A stretch of 63,041 nucleotides of DNA, the filler included, from Choristocarpus tenellus KU-1152 (taxonomy: Eukaryota; Protista; Phaeophyceae): NCBI GenBank assembly GCA_964200185.2. It is 8 parts of 8 records of this genome, joined end to end, with 100 filler letters (N's around TTAATTAATTAA, not from the genome) between each part and the next. Parts side by side here need not be neighbours in the genome. Positions count along the whole stretch, not along the records: positions 9,714 to 15,470 come from CAXNAD020009830.1; positions 15,571 to 25,953 come from CAXNAD020002958.1; 6 more parts are not named here. One strand, 5' to 3'. Under the pieces are notes generated by a model that saw only the letters and a program-made list of their open reading frames with translations, searched no databases and was not told the DNA's origin. Numbering within the stretch: position 1 is the first letter of the stretch; every line of letters starts with the position of its first letter. Positions 12,621 to 26,053 of this stretch are shown here, in pieces. Both the position numbers and the translations under genes were made by a program.

Positions 12621-12942
12621 TCTCAAACTCAATCTTAGTTGATGTTGAACTAGGGTCAACGACACACGTAGCACATCCTAGAACATCAGAACGATCGATG
12701 GAATGCTCATAAAGGATTTACAATATCCACCTCAGATCCTACTTTGCTCTCCAGTATCCTGAATGTTGACTTAGTCTTGGTGTAAGTAAAGGTGAAATTG
12801 AACAGGTATTTTTCAATTTGTGTTGTAGTTCTTTCTCATCAACACGCCTCCGAGAAACTAGTAAACACCCAACTAAGATCTCTGAATAAGTGTAAGATGT
12901 AGAAAAGGGATGATAGGAAAGGGTTTAAGGTGATGCAGAGGG

Positions 12943-14199
12943 ATGCAATCGCCTGGACGCCTATGTTCTCCTGCTTCTTTTCCCCGCAGATTGGTTCGCC
13001 GCATCCACGAAAGTGTCCGGGCAGTACGGGCTGAGGTTGCCGAGGACATGAATTGGGTCAAGACTCCAGCTGCCTCGGAAGCTCTCCGCCAGCCTCCCTT
13101 TCCATCCAAACCCCCTGGTATTTCAGGAGTTCATTCTTCACTCGATGCATATCTCGAGGTTAGTAGAGACTTAGGTCACGAGCATTACGATGATATTTCG
13201 CTTTTCTATACATTTGCTCTATCCATTGCCTGCTTCTCTCTACCAGTGACACCGATGCGAATTCTGCGCGTAGTGCTGAGTCATTCCCTCTGTTCTGTCC
13301 TCTAATGTTTGCCTCATCTTCCTCTTATCCACCAGGCCCGGAATTGGCCCTGGACGAAAGGACCCTGTCGAAGGTTTCTTTCACACATTCTCACGTACCC
13401 TCTTACCCTGGCTGCAGGGCTTACCCAGGCCAATCTTACAGGTGTCACGCCTAGCTCCTCGCAGATGATACCCCGACGCTTGTCGGTGTCATGCGTCGGA
13501 GCAAGGGCTGAGGGTTCGCTGCCCTTGGCTCTGTGGCGTGAGACACTGTTCGCCCTACCGCGAGATGTTGAGCACGTGGATGTGCATATGGTTGGACCTG
13601 AGTTGGCACTTCCTTCATGCGCGGACGCGAGACGAATCAGTCTGAAATGGAGGGTAGCGCACGGTGGTGGAGGGGATAACAATGAGAAAACTACACCTCA
13701 GAAAGTTGGTCCTCGACCGTGTGCTACAGTATTGCTCAATGGACGGACACTTACCGTCACATGGAACCAGTCAATGTTACGGGAAGAGGAAATTTTGGCT
13801 AGAGGAATGTTTGGGGATGCCATTGGGGAATTATCCACCGATGCCTATGTACTCTTTAATCCCGGACTTGGACACCCAGCACTCAAGGAAGGGTGGGGAT
13901 TGACCTTAGATTACCTCTTGCGCTCAGGTAGGCCGTTGGTGGTGACAAGTCACAGTGAAGGTGACATGGTGTCAGACGTAGGGCGCCTTCAAGAGTCTGT
14001 GCAAGGTAAGAGGGGAGTCCACATGCGGAATGAGGAAGGAGCTGGGGCCGGAAGTAAAGGGTTGACTTGGCTGTGTGAGCCAGAAATCAATATTTTTCGA
14101 AGCCTAAGGAAAGTGGAGGATCCGCTGGATCTAGGAAGTGGTGTTGTGACTGCAAACTGGGGGATGTTTTGTGTTGCTGGTACCCCCGGCACTGGATAA
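12943..14199 (+). CDS. MSS51 C-terminal domain protein; exons 12943-13158 and 13336-14199
   Basis: Motifs LTYPLTL, VGARAEGSLP..W.E, VHMVGPE, YVLFNPGLGHP..W, PLVVTSHS..D, N.FRSL; GAG|GTTAGT...CCAG|GCC phase-0 intron. Confidence 0.85.
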
Positions 14200-15470
14200 T
14201 CCTGTCAGTGATGTGTTAATGTAGGGATGTTGAGGCACCACTTTGTGGACATTATCAGAGGGACACTGGAGGGTGTATTAGGTATGGAGTGAAAAGTGTT
14301 ACTACTGATGTCATGTTCTAGCATGTTCTAGATGGAGTATTGAGGGCCCCCTCTTCAACTGTCCAACTCATTCTAGTACAGTATAGCAAAGTGTCTTTAT
14401 TGCCTGCAAGCTTGAAGGACTGGAAAATACAGATGCTTCTGACTAGATGCAGGACAGTCAAATGCTTTCCCTGTCGATGACGAATGGTGTGGCGATATTG
14501 TGAGATGATGTCACACAAGGTTCAACAACTACGAAAAGCATCTCTCTGTGTGAAGAGACAACGATTTCCATGTAACTTCCAGTACAGAACAAGTGAAATC
14601 TATCCATATAAGCACTACTGCTACAAGAGCAGACAAAAATTATTGGCCTATCAGAATCCTGTGGTTTAGAGTACGACTACATGGATATATCCAGATCAGA
14701 TAGAAACGAATCCAACCCACAGTATTCCTCACAACACGTCAAGGTCTTGTCATGTTGTATCCTCCAGAATACGGTTCAAAGTATGTTTTCTCGTGCGTAT
14801 GTGGACGTGAGCAATTGCTGCCCTCATATGCCCCTACTACTAAAAGAACACACAAACCTGGCGAAAGATGGCTGTAATTGTATCAGTGAATCTTTTGGGC
14901 ATTGTGGTCCTAGAGAATAAGTTATGATGATCTTGGAGAAGGAAGATCGGGTTTTATGGTATGGCGTTTTTTCTCAACTGAACGAAATTTCTCTCTCTGT
15001 AACTGCCGTTGGAAGAAAAAAAAAAGTTCTCGTACCGTTAAAATTTATTGTTTACATTTTTCAAATCCCAAGCGACAGCATTAATTGTTCAGTGTATTCC
15101 ATTTATTCATTTGAATATCATAACACTGTCGGGATTTTTGGGGCAAGATTAGGGAAAAGCGAAATTATGTCAAGGACCGGTTCATGGATGGTGCGATAAA
15201 GAGGATACCCTGCTTGGCCCTAGAACCTAGCTGTCTGAGATGCTTAGACTATACTGTTCAATTGGCAATAGTATACACATACACCATCATTTCTTCTTCT
15301 CCCCTATTGAATTACGTGAGTCCTGTCATTTGCAAGGTAGAGACAGAGAGAGGCAATAATTTCCCTTGGTCCAGTGAGAAGTGTGTGAGATACATGCACC
15401 ATAAATTTGAACCCACTGGTGTCCCTTCAATTATGCGTAGATGTGATAGCCTGGCCGTGACCTCCAATAC

Positions 15471-15570
15471 NNNNNNNNNNNNNNNNNNNNNNNNNNNNNN
15501 NNNNNNNNNNNNNNTTAATTAATTAANNNNNNNNNNNNNNNNNNNNNNNNNNNNNNNNNNNNNNNNNNNN
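15471..15570. other. Artificial contig linker
   Basis: N-TTAATTAATTAA-N. Confidence 0.97.
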
Positions 15571-15655
15571 TGATGTAAGTGCACTTTGCCTGGTTAGGGA
15601 CCGAATGGACACCCTGGTATAGCTCCTCACCCCCCCCCCATAAATACTTTGAGCG
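15571..15655 (+). mobile_element. MITE family A, right part, at contig start
   Basis: GTGCACTT..CTGGT..AATGGACACCCTGGT..CCCC..ATACTTTGAGC. Confidence 0.8.
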
Positions 15656-17287
15656 GTATCCGTAAGATACCAATAGGGACTTGAGCGGCAGCAGTTGAAG
15701 TACCTATAGCAAGGGTTGGTTGCGCATGTCTTGCATGGAACAAAAAATACTCTTTGACAATTTCACACACCAAACAACCATCCCACATCATCCATAAGAT
15801 AACAATAGGGACTTGAGCGGCAACGTTGAAGAATTTTGTACAATTGTGTCGGTTACACATGACTTGGATGGATCTAAGACTGCTGTTTGACCGTTTCACA
15901 CGCCAAACAAACGACCTGATGCCATAAGATGCCAATAGCGACTCGAGGGGCAATATGTTTAAGGATTTCGCACATGCACCCTTTACATATTTCTTGAATA
16001 TATCTAAAGCTCCAGTTTGAATATTTTGCAAGTCGAACAACGTTCCCTGGTCCATAATATACCAATGGTGACTTGTTTGGCAACATGTGGAATTACCTTG
16101 CAAAGGTGTCGGTTAAACATGGATTGGATACATCTACACAGGTGTTCGATTGTTTCATACGCCAAATAACTGCCCCAACCTGTTAGATAGCGATGGTGAC
16201 TTGCGCGGCAACGTGTTCATGTGTTTTGCACATATGTTGGTTATACATGGATCTAAAACTGCCATTTGACCTTTTCACACGCCAAAGAACTGCTGCATAT
16301 CCGTAAGATATCAATACTGTCTTGTGTGGGAACATATCGAATTTTTTTGCAAAAGAGAGTCAGTTGAGCTCATGGCTTGGATGGATCTAGCCCTGCTTTC
16401 GGTCGTTTCACACGCCAAACAATTGCCACAATTGAGAAGGTACCAATGATGATTTGCGCTGTGACATGTTGGATTATTCTGGACACGTATCGGTTATACA
16501 TGACTTAAGCGGACCTAAAACTGTTGTTTGACCTTTTCACATACCGAACAACCGTCCCAAATCCATAATTCTTAGCTAAAGTATTTTAGAGGGTAGAGCC
16601 GCGTCCATTTGGGGCCAAAATCCAAAGTTGCAATTTTGATGTAATTTAGGCTATCGTGTTTGTTAGGAAGTGTCAATATCCATGTTCCGAAAACGCCTTT
16701 TAATAACGTATACATTTTACCTACTCCTCAACATTTTGGAGTAGGAAAATGTCATAAAAAAAACGTGGGAAGCCAAGCCCCAAATGGAAAAAACAGGGCA
16801 AAACTCGTACCCTCGAAGATACTTTCACTCACTAATGGTGACTTGAGCAGCAACATGCCGCCAAACAACTTTCCCAAAACACATGAAACTCCGATAGCGA
16901 CTTGAGCGACAACGTGTTGAAGAATTTTGCACAAGAGTCAGTGCCACATGGCTTGGATGGACCCAAAACTGTTGTTTGACCGTTTCACATGCCAACAACC
17001 GCCCCAGTTAATAAATTACCAACAGTGACTTGTGCGGCAACATGTTGAAGCAGCTTTGCACATATGTCGGATACGCATGGCTTGGATGGACGGGAAGCTG
17101 TTGTTTGACCGTTTCACGCGCAAAACAACTGCCTCGTATATCCATATGACATTCAGAGTGACTTGAGCAGCAATATTTTGAAGCATATTACACAAGTGTG
17201 GGTCACACATGGCTTGAACGGATCTAAACTGCAGTTTGGCCGTTTTATACACCAATCAACTTCCCCAATCCATGACATATCATTGGG
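15656..17287. repeat. Diverged tandem repeat, ~130-bp unit, ~11 copies, with MITE B inserted
   Basis: Recurring CCATAAGATACCAAT.G.GACTTG.GCGGCAAC..GTTGAAG...CATGGCTTGGATGGA.CTAA..CTG..GTTTGACCGTTTCACACGCCAAACAAC at ~121-133 bp spacing. Confidence 0.9.
16573..16830 (+). mobile_element. MITE family B inserted in the satellite
   Basis: AGCTAAAGTATTTTAGAGGGTA ... TACCCTCGAAGATACTTTCACTC. Confidence 0.88.
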
Positions 17288-18029
17288 CCAAACCAACTGA
17301 GAGGTAGGCAGGGTTGCACTTTAAGGATCCCGAGAAAGAGCAAAAAAGTGTCATTTTGCACAATTGCAGAAAAAGCCTTTGCTCAACTGTGGTGAGAGAC
17401 TTTGTGTGTAGAGTGGGGGAGTATCAAAATTGCACCACTATTGTGCACAAAGAGCAATGAAATAGTGTATTGCACAGGGAATGCACTATAAAGGTAGGCG
17501 GGAAAAAAGGAGGAAATGATCTCAGGGGTTTGCAATTAGTTTAAGTGCAACACTTGATGAGAAGTAGTGTAGTGTGTACTGCCTAGACCACAGGTTTGGG
17601 GCTTGGTAGTTTCAAGCTAGGTTCCCAGTCCCAGGCTATCGACTGATTCTATGAACTAGTGTGGTTTATAGCAACATAAAGTCTGGCATATCTTAGAGGG
17701 AGGTGATGTTCATGTTTTGTTTGATTGTTCAATGTCCATGTCTAACATGCAGTGTACACTCCCCTTTCTCAACCGAATGTAGTGTTTCAGGATAATAACA
17801 AGGGAAGGCACCATCGAAAGAGAAGATTAATTCGATTGGATGATAAATTATAAGCCATATTTCAGTTTCTTTATCTATTAGCGGGGCTTAATCTAAAAGC
17901 AGGCTACCCCTCTTAAGATATCATGCTTCGTACACCAATTCATAATAGATCTATCCACTAACCCTAACTCTACCCCCCCAAAAAAAACAGATTTGATTAT
18001 AATTCTACAGAATATTATACGATGGAGTG

Positions 18030-19680
18030 TATTTAGAGAGCTCTGGGCCATGATATCTTGCCAAGAACACAATGGAGATGGAGGACAAACAAGTGGCATG
18101 GTTCCTCAATGCCTTTTCTCTCTCCCCCCAGCTCATCTACTTGGTCAGGGTCACCCCCCCGCAACTAGTGGGCCGAACCATGCAACAGACGGAGAATACT
18201 TCTCTCTGGGTCCTAGAGAGGATAAGGGAAGTTGCTGACTCGCTTGAAGCAGTAAGTATATATTTTGGGAGGGTGTGCCAGTAAGTCTTTGTGCTTGGAG
18301 ACACGTCAATAAATCCAGGACCAAATGCCGACCAATGCAGGTGACCCAGGTCTCTCTTCTATGATCCACCGTCAGTACGCTACTTTTGTCGGCTCACTAT
18401 CAGTCTCCCTCCCCTCCTTCTTTGTACCCCCAAAAGGCGTCCCAGGCAAGGAATTCACTATTGCTATCTGCTCCAGTCTGACAATCTTGGCCCTCTGATC
18501 TTCCATCTCATTCACCCTCTGCTGGGTCCCTGCAGACGACCTCACCACGACCATTGGCAAAATTTGGGTAGACTGGGGGGGCACCTACCCCCCAGGGCAA
18601 TCCCCTGCTGTTGCATAATGGGCTGCACATGACATTACTCAAATATTTCAGTTGATTGAATCATTCTGCTTCCGGCTGGTGAACCTCCTCACGGACCCCA
18701 AAACTGAATGGGAGCCGTCCACAATTGTTCATGCCAGCCACAGGAACCAATATGGACAAGGGGCCAACGCTTTGGTCTCCACTCAAGGTGAAGGCTCAAA
18801 GTATCTGGGGGTGTGTGGTGGCTGTCCGTTTGGGGTCAATTTTTTCATGTCGCGATTTTTGCGATTTGGTACCATACGTCGGATGGATAATGTAAATTCA
18901 CTTTTCCTGATTTTGACCCAAATGGACATGCTAGTGTAGACCCCCCCCCCCACCCAGATACTTTGGGTCTGAATCGTTCTCCCGGGGTGGAGGAGGCACT
19001 CTCCAATGGTCGCCCAGTGGAGGGATGTAGGAGGCAAGGCGTGGACACCTACCATGCTGTTATATGTCCTGAAGCTGGTGGCCAGGTACGGCAGGTCTAA
19101 CCCATGGTCCGGCAGCTGAGCAACATCTGCAGGTAATTGTGTATCTCCTGTACCTTGGAGAGCTGCAGCCTATTTACGATCAATCGTAATTTCCGTGTAT
19201 GGATGCGGTCTTCCGCGCAGGAATTCTCTCCAATGCAACTACTGCTCCCTACAGGGAAAAGGGACTCCTCCTCCTGAATGCGGCCTTCACTGAAGCTCAA
19301 GTGAGCTGTCACCTCCTTAGCTCATCAATCAACAATGGTATCTGCGCTGCTTCAGCAGGAGCTCCAAAGCGTAACCACCACGAGGGATCTTGTGGGCTTC
19401 GTAGTTTAACTCCAACACCTTCGAGGTAAAATTCTTTGGGCACCTTGAAACACAGGAGTAGCTGATTCTGGATGAGGTAGCACCGCAAGTTGTAGGAGGT
19501 AGGGGGGCGGAGGGTTTTAGCGGCAAGGGAGCTGAAAAATCACGGTTAAGGCAAATGATTTCATTGACTGCCGAAGTGACCATATCCAGAAGAGCTTTGT
19601 GCTTTAGTTAGAGCCTTCAGATTGACAGGCTCAGAGAGAGTTGACAGATGAAGGGGATTCTTCCCTGAAGATTTCGCCGG
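18030..19680 (+). pseudogene. Degenerate CRE-like non-LTR retrotransposon (post-RT region, Zn knuckle, restriction-like endonuclease)
   Basis: YLAKNTMEMEDKQVAW..YLVRVTPP; RMDAVFRAG..PYREKGLLLNAAFTE..KRNHH; colinear with 61860-63002. Confidence 0.8.
18793..18969 (+). mobile_element. MITE family A nested in the non-LTR element
   Basis: Full TIRs; TGAA target duplication on both sides. Confidence 0.92.
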
Positions 19681-22600
19681 TCTTCAGAGAGTCAGATTTT
19701 TGGATTGTTGCTCTTTCTTTTCTTGTCTATTGTTTTAGGTACAACTGCTAATCTGAGGAAGTGGTTCTTTCTGGGTTTTTTTTACACAATCATTTCTCTC
19801 TACCATTTCTATTGTGCTATTACGTTTTATGGAATTCTTGACTTTATGTTTCTTAGTGTTGCTACGTAACAGTTATTGCAACATTTTGTTGGGAATTGTA
19901 ACATACAATAATATATAATGTAGTGTACTATTGTATTGTTATGTTGGGTTGTTTATTATGTGTTAATTGTATCCACTACTTATTGATTGACATTTTGTAG
20001 ATAGATGTTTTCAAGGAGTGGAGAAGAACGAATAAATCAGGCGAAGAATACAACACGACAACAGAAAGTGTAGTGCTTACAGCAAAGGTGTTCGATACAC
20101 CAACGAGATGTGTATTTGGAAGCAACAAAACAATAAACACAACTAAGACACGTACAGTACTACTTGTGAAAATACTACGACCCCAAAACTGGCACAATGA
20201 AGGGGTTCTAAAAACAACGGCGGCTGTACATGCCTTCTTCTGTAGGTTTCTTGTTTCTTGTTTCCAACTACATTAGAACCAATCTCTAGATGTTCATACA
20301 TAGGGTTTAAGGACTGTTTGGAACGCAAATAGAACCACGGAGCAGAGATTGTTGCCCCACATTTACTACTGCCCACTTACTACTGTTGTAAGGAATAGAG
20401 ACTGTTGGCTGTCATGTGATATTCTTTGCCTTCCAGATCACTGTATAGAGAGGTCCATGTTTCTACACTTGGTTCCCCCAAAACAAGTTTTCTCCAAAAA
20501 TATAGGTGGTAGATAATGTGTGGTCACAATTACTGCGATCAGTGTGGGCTTTGCCAATCCGTCGTACACTCTTTGTTAGAGAATAATCCTACAGAAAATA
20601 AAAAGCAATGTTGATAATAGTGTACTATACATAGTATATAGATATTCCACAGTCATTCCGCTTCCCCTCCACCAATTTCTTTGTATTTTCGTCTTTTTTG
20701 TCTTGGTGGTTTGAACGGTTTGCTTGTGCTGTGTGGATATTGATGGTTGATGACGTTCGTTCCATTGTTAGGTATAGGATATTTTGTTTTTCTACACATT
20801 TTTGTTTGTTTGTTGCATCTCATCATCACACGATCATGTTGTCGGCATAAGTCAAATAAAAAACCCCAAAAAACCATTCTATTTCGGTTTTGTAGTTTGC
20901 AATACTATATGTACTTTGATGAAGGTCCTTCTATCAGCAGTCCAAGAAAAACGGTTCTCAGATATAAAAAGTATGATGATTTTGTTGACAACTGAAAACG
21001 GAAGACTGGGAAGAACGGAAGAAAGATCTACATATACAACGAAAACGCTGCAAGACCCAAAAAAACCCTGGGCAAGTCAGTCCATGCCTATCTCCTTGCT
21101 TGTGGACAATCTAGACTACCAAGAACCAAGATAGACAAGAGACAAATCAAACATGTTGACAGAAGGGATGGTTTGCAACTGATAGAGGACGTGTTCACAA
21201 GGACTGACCTGTGGTGCATTAGGGAGCAGGAAAGCAGACCACGCAGACAAGGAAGTCGGCCATCTCAACCTCCTAGAGCAAGGTTGTCACTCAAGAGATG
21301 GCAAAGTTTGGCATCAAGCAAAGTAATAAAGGCTCCAGGAGGAATCTGACTATAGATGTGGTGAGTAAGCTACTGCCCCGTGCTGCTATCCTAGATCTAG
21401 TATTCCCAGGTTAGTGAGGACTGAGTGTAGCGTCTATTCCTCCATCTCCTACCTCGCGACATTGCTGCCACAGGTATCAGATCGTGGTGAACCAGTCGTG
21501 GATGCGCAGTATCATCGTTCAAGCATCGCAGGAGTGCGAAAGGGATCGCATCGAAAAACTTTTTTTTCACAGCACGTGAGGAAAAGTGAAGAGATGCATT
21601 GCATTCATATGCACCGGTGTTCCTTAATTTGTCAGCGTAGTAGGAGTTCCCACGATTTTGCGTAGTGTGCCAGTACCAGAGTCTGAGCAGAAATATGATG
21701 CATTCCGTTACCGTCAGCACCAACTATTTCGTAACCTATCCTTGACAACTGAAGTAATCGTTCTATTTAGTTCCAGCTCGTCTTCCTTACTTGACTCTTT
21801 CCCCTACTCCCCATCATAGATATGCGTCGGGACTGCTCTATTTCTCCTCGGTCATTCTCTGGCACCATCCCCTCCCGATCGTTCTGTATTCGGACTACTT
21901 GGTCTTGCTCACCTGCGATCGTTTTCCATAGACTCGCATTTGAGTTCGAGATGGAACTAGTTGCATGATCTCATATATCTTACCCTTTTTGTCTGAATAG
22001 CGAACTATCTCATGGTTGTTATTTATGGCTCAGGGATAGAGGATTGATCATAATTCCAAGTATTCTAGGGCATCTTCACTTGAGCCATATCTAAGTACCT
22101 GCACAATCATGAAATAGTAAGTATTATTCCTATTATATTGGAGATTGGACTTTACTCACTCGATTGGAATGGTTTCTATACTATTGTGTATGCATAGATA
22201 TGGTTGAATGTTTACTAATTGGTACATTAAGTTCCAAAGAACATACTGTATGCTCATAATTAATGGTTTGGAGTGGTTCCTCGACCATCTGAAGATAACG
22301 CGGCGACGTAACATGGTGGATATTATTCACAAACGAGAGATTGCGTCGAGTAATTGTTTACTTGATCTTTAGCTATCAGTAACTACCTTCAGATCAAGTT
22401 CTTGTAACAAACTACAAACAACCCGATACGTTAGCTTTTTGCAGTTCCTGCTATTTTTTGGATTGCATACTTGAGATTATGTTGTCTTCAGGAGTGGTGG
22501 TACTAAGAGTTGGTATCTAAGTGATGCTTACACGTAACATGTATCCGTCAATGAAGCCTTACTAATCGTTGCAGACTTTCATGTAAGTCCACATTGGACG

Positions 22601-24379
22601 GTGCAAAGGAGACGCTGCAACTATGTCACCCCACCTACTCTGGAATGTCCTACACGTACGTGACGACAACACTGTTGGTAGAAGATCCCCAGGCGATGTC
22701 CGGGGCGCGATTGAAGCATATTTGATCAGATACTAGGTTGCATCACTTTTGCATCTATTGTAGAACACAGAACTAGTGATAAATATCGTTTGTCTGCCAA
22801 GAAGACCAACGGAAAGCATACACAAACGTTCATTGGTAGTGTATTGGGTATGCAACAGGAATGATCGAGAGGGGTACAGAAGGATTTGCCTTTTCGTCTC
22901 AATCATAGTACTTCTGTTGCTGTGTTTCACACCGTGTACTATAGAACTATGTTCTGTTCTATAGATACTCTCAGGTTTACACTTAAGCTACCCGATTGAA
23001 GAACTCTGAGGTGTTTCTCTAAGTTTTGATTCATTTTCAGCAAGGAAATCAGCATTACATAATCTCTCCATGTCCTCCCATGCACAATCACACCCCTCAC
23101 AGTCGCCTAGGGATATAGGTGACTTGGAGGTCAAGGGAGAAAGTCACAAGAAGTTGTCCAAGTTGTCTGGGAAGAAGAAGTAACACTCGGAGGGGGGGGT
23201 AATGCGTGAGATGGGTGGACTATTGCCCACATCACCTTCCTTCTGAGCTCTCAGGATGATCGACCGGCCATCATCAACCAAGTTATTATTGGCCCAAGAT
23301 GTGTACTTGTACTTTGAAGCAGAGCCATTCCAGGATCGAAGCTAGAGGATTTGCATGGTATGAACGGTATCATTTGCACAAATGGCATATGCTCATGAGT
23401 CGCATTGAGCCAGTAGGATAGATTTCCCTTGACCCTCCCTTATGCTCTTAATCTTGGCATCACTCAATAGGTATTATACTGGAGGATTTACAGAGTCGCT
23501 TTGTTTTATTTTTATTAGTGCTGTTGTCTTTTTATTTTATGAGGTCCGATCCAGGCTTCAATAACGTTAGTTAGTAGTTGCAGGCAGTAGTAGTGGTCGG
23601 TAGTGATACGCCTTGTGTGCTTCACTTTGTAGAACTGAGTTGACCGAAGAACACATGGAAGCAAGCCCTTTTTCCGTGGCGCTTATCTACCTTGGTGCAT
23701 GTGCAGGTCCCAGGGATGTTGAAGTGTACCTATACTGTACAAATATTAGCACACTTCAAAGTAGTGTAGCATGTATGTTTGACATTTGTTTAGTGCAGCG
23801 ATTGATAGCAATGACTGGTAGGGACAGATGCATCCTGCTAGAAAAACATCATAAGCTGTGAGCAGCATATAATACTCTATGCAGGATGCTTTGTTGATTG
23901 CTCTGTCCACAAGTGTATGTTGTGTAGGGAGGAAAAAGTGCTTCACACGTTTGGGATAGTCTGTTACTACTTTAGTTTGTGAGAGATGGGGAGTAGTATC
24001 TAAAGAGTATTGAGAAGCAGTATTAGATCAGGACGTACTATTATTGGTGCAGCGTATTGTTTTTGTAGTATTGAGGATTCCATGTTCTCTGTTTTGGAAC
24101 AAGTACATATGTTATTTTTGTTTTAAATCACAATCTTTTAATAGATTTAAATTAGGGTGTTCTGCAAGCAGTATATAATTGTATTTCTTTTTTTGTAAGA
24201 TCTTTCCCACTTTTGTTTCTCTTCCTCGCGCTCTGGTTTTGCATCCTGATGTTGTCGGTTTGCATCCCTTTGTCGCATCCTATTATCTGATTGATATCCA
24301 CCTATCAAGAAGTATAGTGAAGAAACCTACAACATCAATGTACTACATGGCAAAAAAGCACATAAAATTGTTTGCTGGG

Positions 24380-25030
24380 TCATTGCTTCTCAAATACTGA
24401 TGAGATGGGAGATGAGATTGAAAACATTGAAAAGAAACGGCAGTTTGACCTCGGCAGCTGGACTATCAATACTGCTATCGATAACTTTCGGTTTGGCGTG
24501 ACGCAACACGACAAACCCTTTATGCTTTACAGTGCTGATGATGTTGAGCTTCGTTTTTCTTGCTGAAAATCGTTCTCCTACGAAGTAATATCTCAACACC
24601 ATTCATGGTGTTGTTTCTATCCACCAGTACTGGGCAGCATAATCATGTCAAGTCAACGACTAGCAACCATGATATCACACTCTCCATTGTAGTGAGTGGA
24701 AGAATAGAGAACCGAACATAACTGACTTGGCAGAGAAACAGTACAATATCTGACAAGGCTTGTTCAACAGGGTCCCACGTGAAGGTTAACCTGTCAATAC
24801 CTGGGACAAGGCCAACCCTCTTTTTTTGCGCTTCCTGTTACTGTGGTGTGCTCCAATATTTTGCGACCCTGGAATCCTACTCATTGCCATTGCCATGCAT
24901 GTGCGTGTGATGCTCAGTCGTGCGAATAGTTTAAGGCACTAGCGAACCACTTGCTTGCTTATGATGATACCACTGTGTAAGAAGGGGGGAGTTCATGGAT
25001 GACTAGCTGTTGTCAGCACTAGTGTGATAA
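24380..25030 (+). pseudogene. Possible highly decayed PIF/Harbinger-like transposase remnant
   Basis: Weak colinear resemblance (IDNFRFG, FSY, ILRP, RANSLRH) with many stops; needs an HMM/TBLASTN check. Confidence 0.25.
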
Positions 25031-25791
25031 AGCAGTACTTGAAATAAGGGAAATCCCTTATCCGTTGCCCTTCATTTTAGAGAGGGTAATAGTGCACTGA
25101 GCAGTGTGTGTCAGGTGCAAGGAATAGAATTGTAAGAGGCTTGTCAGCATTTGAGTACCATAGCATGAAGGTTCCTGATCTATTCTTTGGCAGATACTTG
25201 TAGACATGATGAGTTGTACAAGGGAGCTGGTTTGTTGTGTAACAGCTGTATCCCAGATGGTTACAAAATATAGGAGGATGCCCCCACTTTTCAGTCTGGT
25301 GTTTTTTTCAGAGGAACTCACTTGGACATTATAAGAGGAACACAACTACGTTAGCAAGTCAGTCGTCTCGAATATGTTTTTCCCCTGAATGTGATCGTCT
25401 GCAAGATTATCTTTTACACGAAGCCCTAAGCTGTATGAGTCTGTACACAATAGCAGTTGGTGTTTCTATTGAGACTTCGCTAGACAATGCCAGCACCTCT
25501 GCCACTGTAACATATAAATTTATATCGGTGAAAGCTCTCAAGCACGTCCCATGTTCCTTCTACGTGCCTATGAAACGACCAAATGAAGAAGCACCAGCGC
25601 AGCTTACACACATTAAAGGGCATACTCGAGTACATATAAACCTTTTCTGGAAAAGCAATAGTACTACTATGTTAGGGATGAGATGGCTTTCCTATTAGAC
25701 ATTGTAATTATAAAAGAGCATGACCTGAAGTATGAAATATATTGCCATGGATATACTACAAGTGGACTACCTTGCACATTATTGAACAAAC

Positions 25792-25953
25792 GGGTCAAAG
25801 TATCTGGGGGGGAGGTTGGTGTCGGCGTCCGTTTTTCACCCTTTTTTCGATTTTTACTTTTTTGGTGTGATTTGGTCGCACGTGGCGGATGTGAAATGTC
25901 AGGGAAAAAAAAGAGTTGTTTGATCGAAACGGACGCCCCCTCACAACCCCCCC
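25792..25953 (+). mobile_element. Diverged MITE family A, ends at contig break
   Basis: GGGTCAAAGTATCTGGGGGGG...GTGATTTGGTCGCACGT...GGACGCCCC..CCCC. Confidence 0.75.
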
Positions 25954-26053
25954 NNNNNNNNNNNNNNNNNNNNNNNNNNNNNNNNNNNNNNNNNNNNTTA
26001 ATTAATTAANNNNNNNNNNNNNNNNNNNNNNNNNNNNNNNNNNNNNNNNNNNN
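25954..26053. other. Artificial contig linker
   Basis: N-TTAATTAATTAA-N. Confidence 0.97.

Noticed and set aside
15656-17287. CRISPR-like array or coding repeat (158-aa ORF)
   Set aside because: No invariant repeat with unique spacers, no cas genes, frame not preserved between units
21474-21589. Possible terminal exon YQIVVNQSWMRSIIVQASQECERDRIEKLFFTAREEK*
   Set aside because: Good acceptor but no in-phase upstream exon identified; insufficient support
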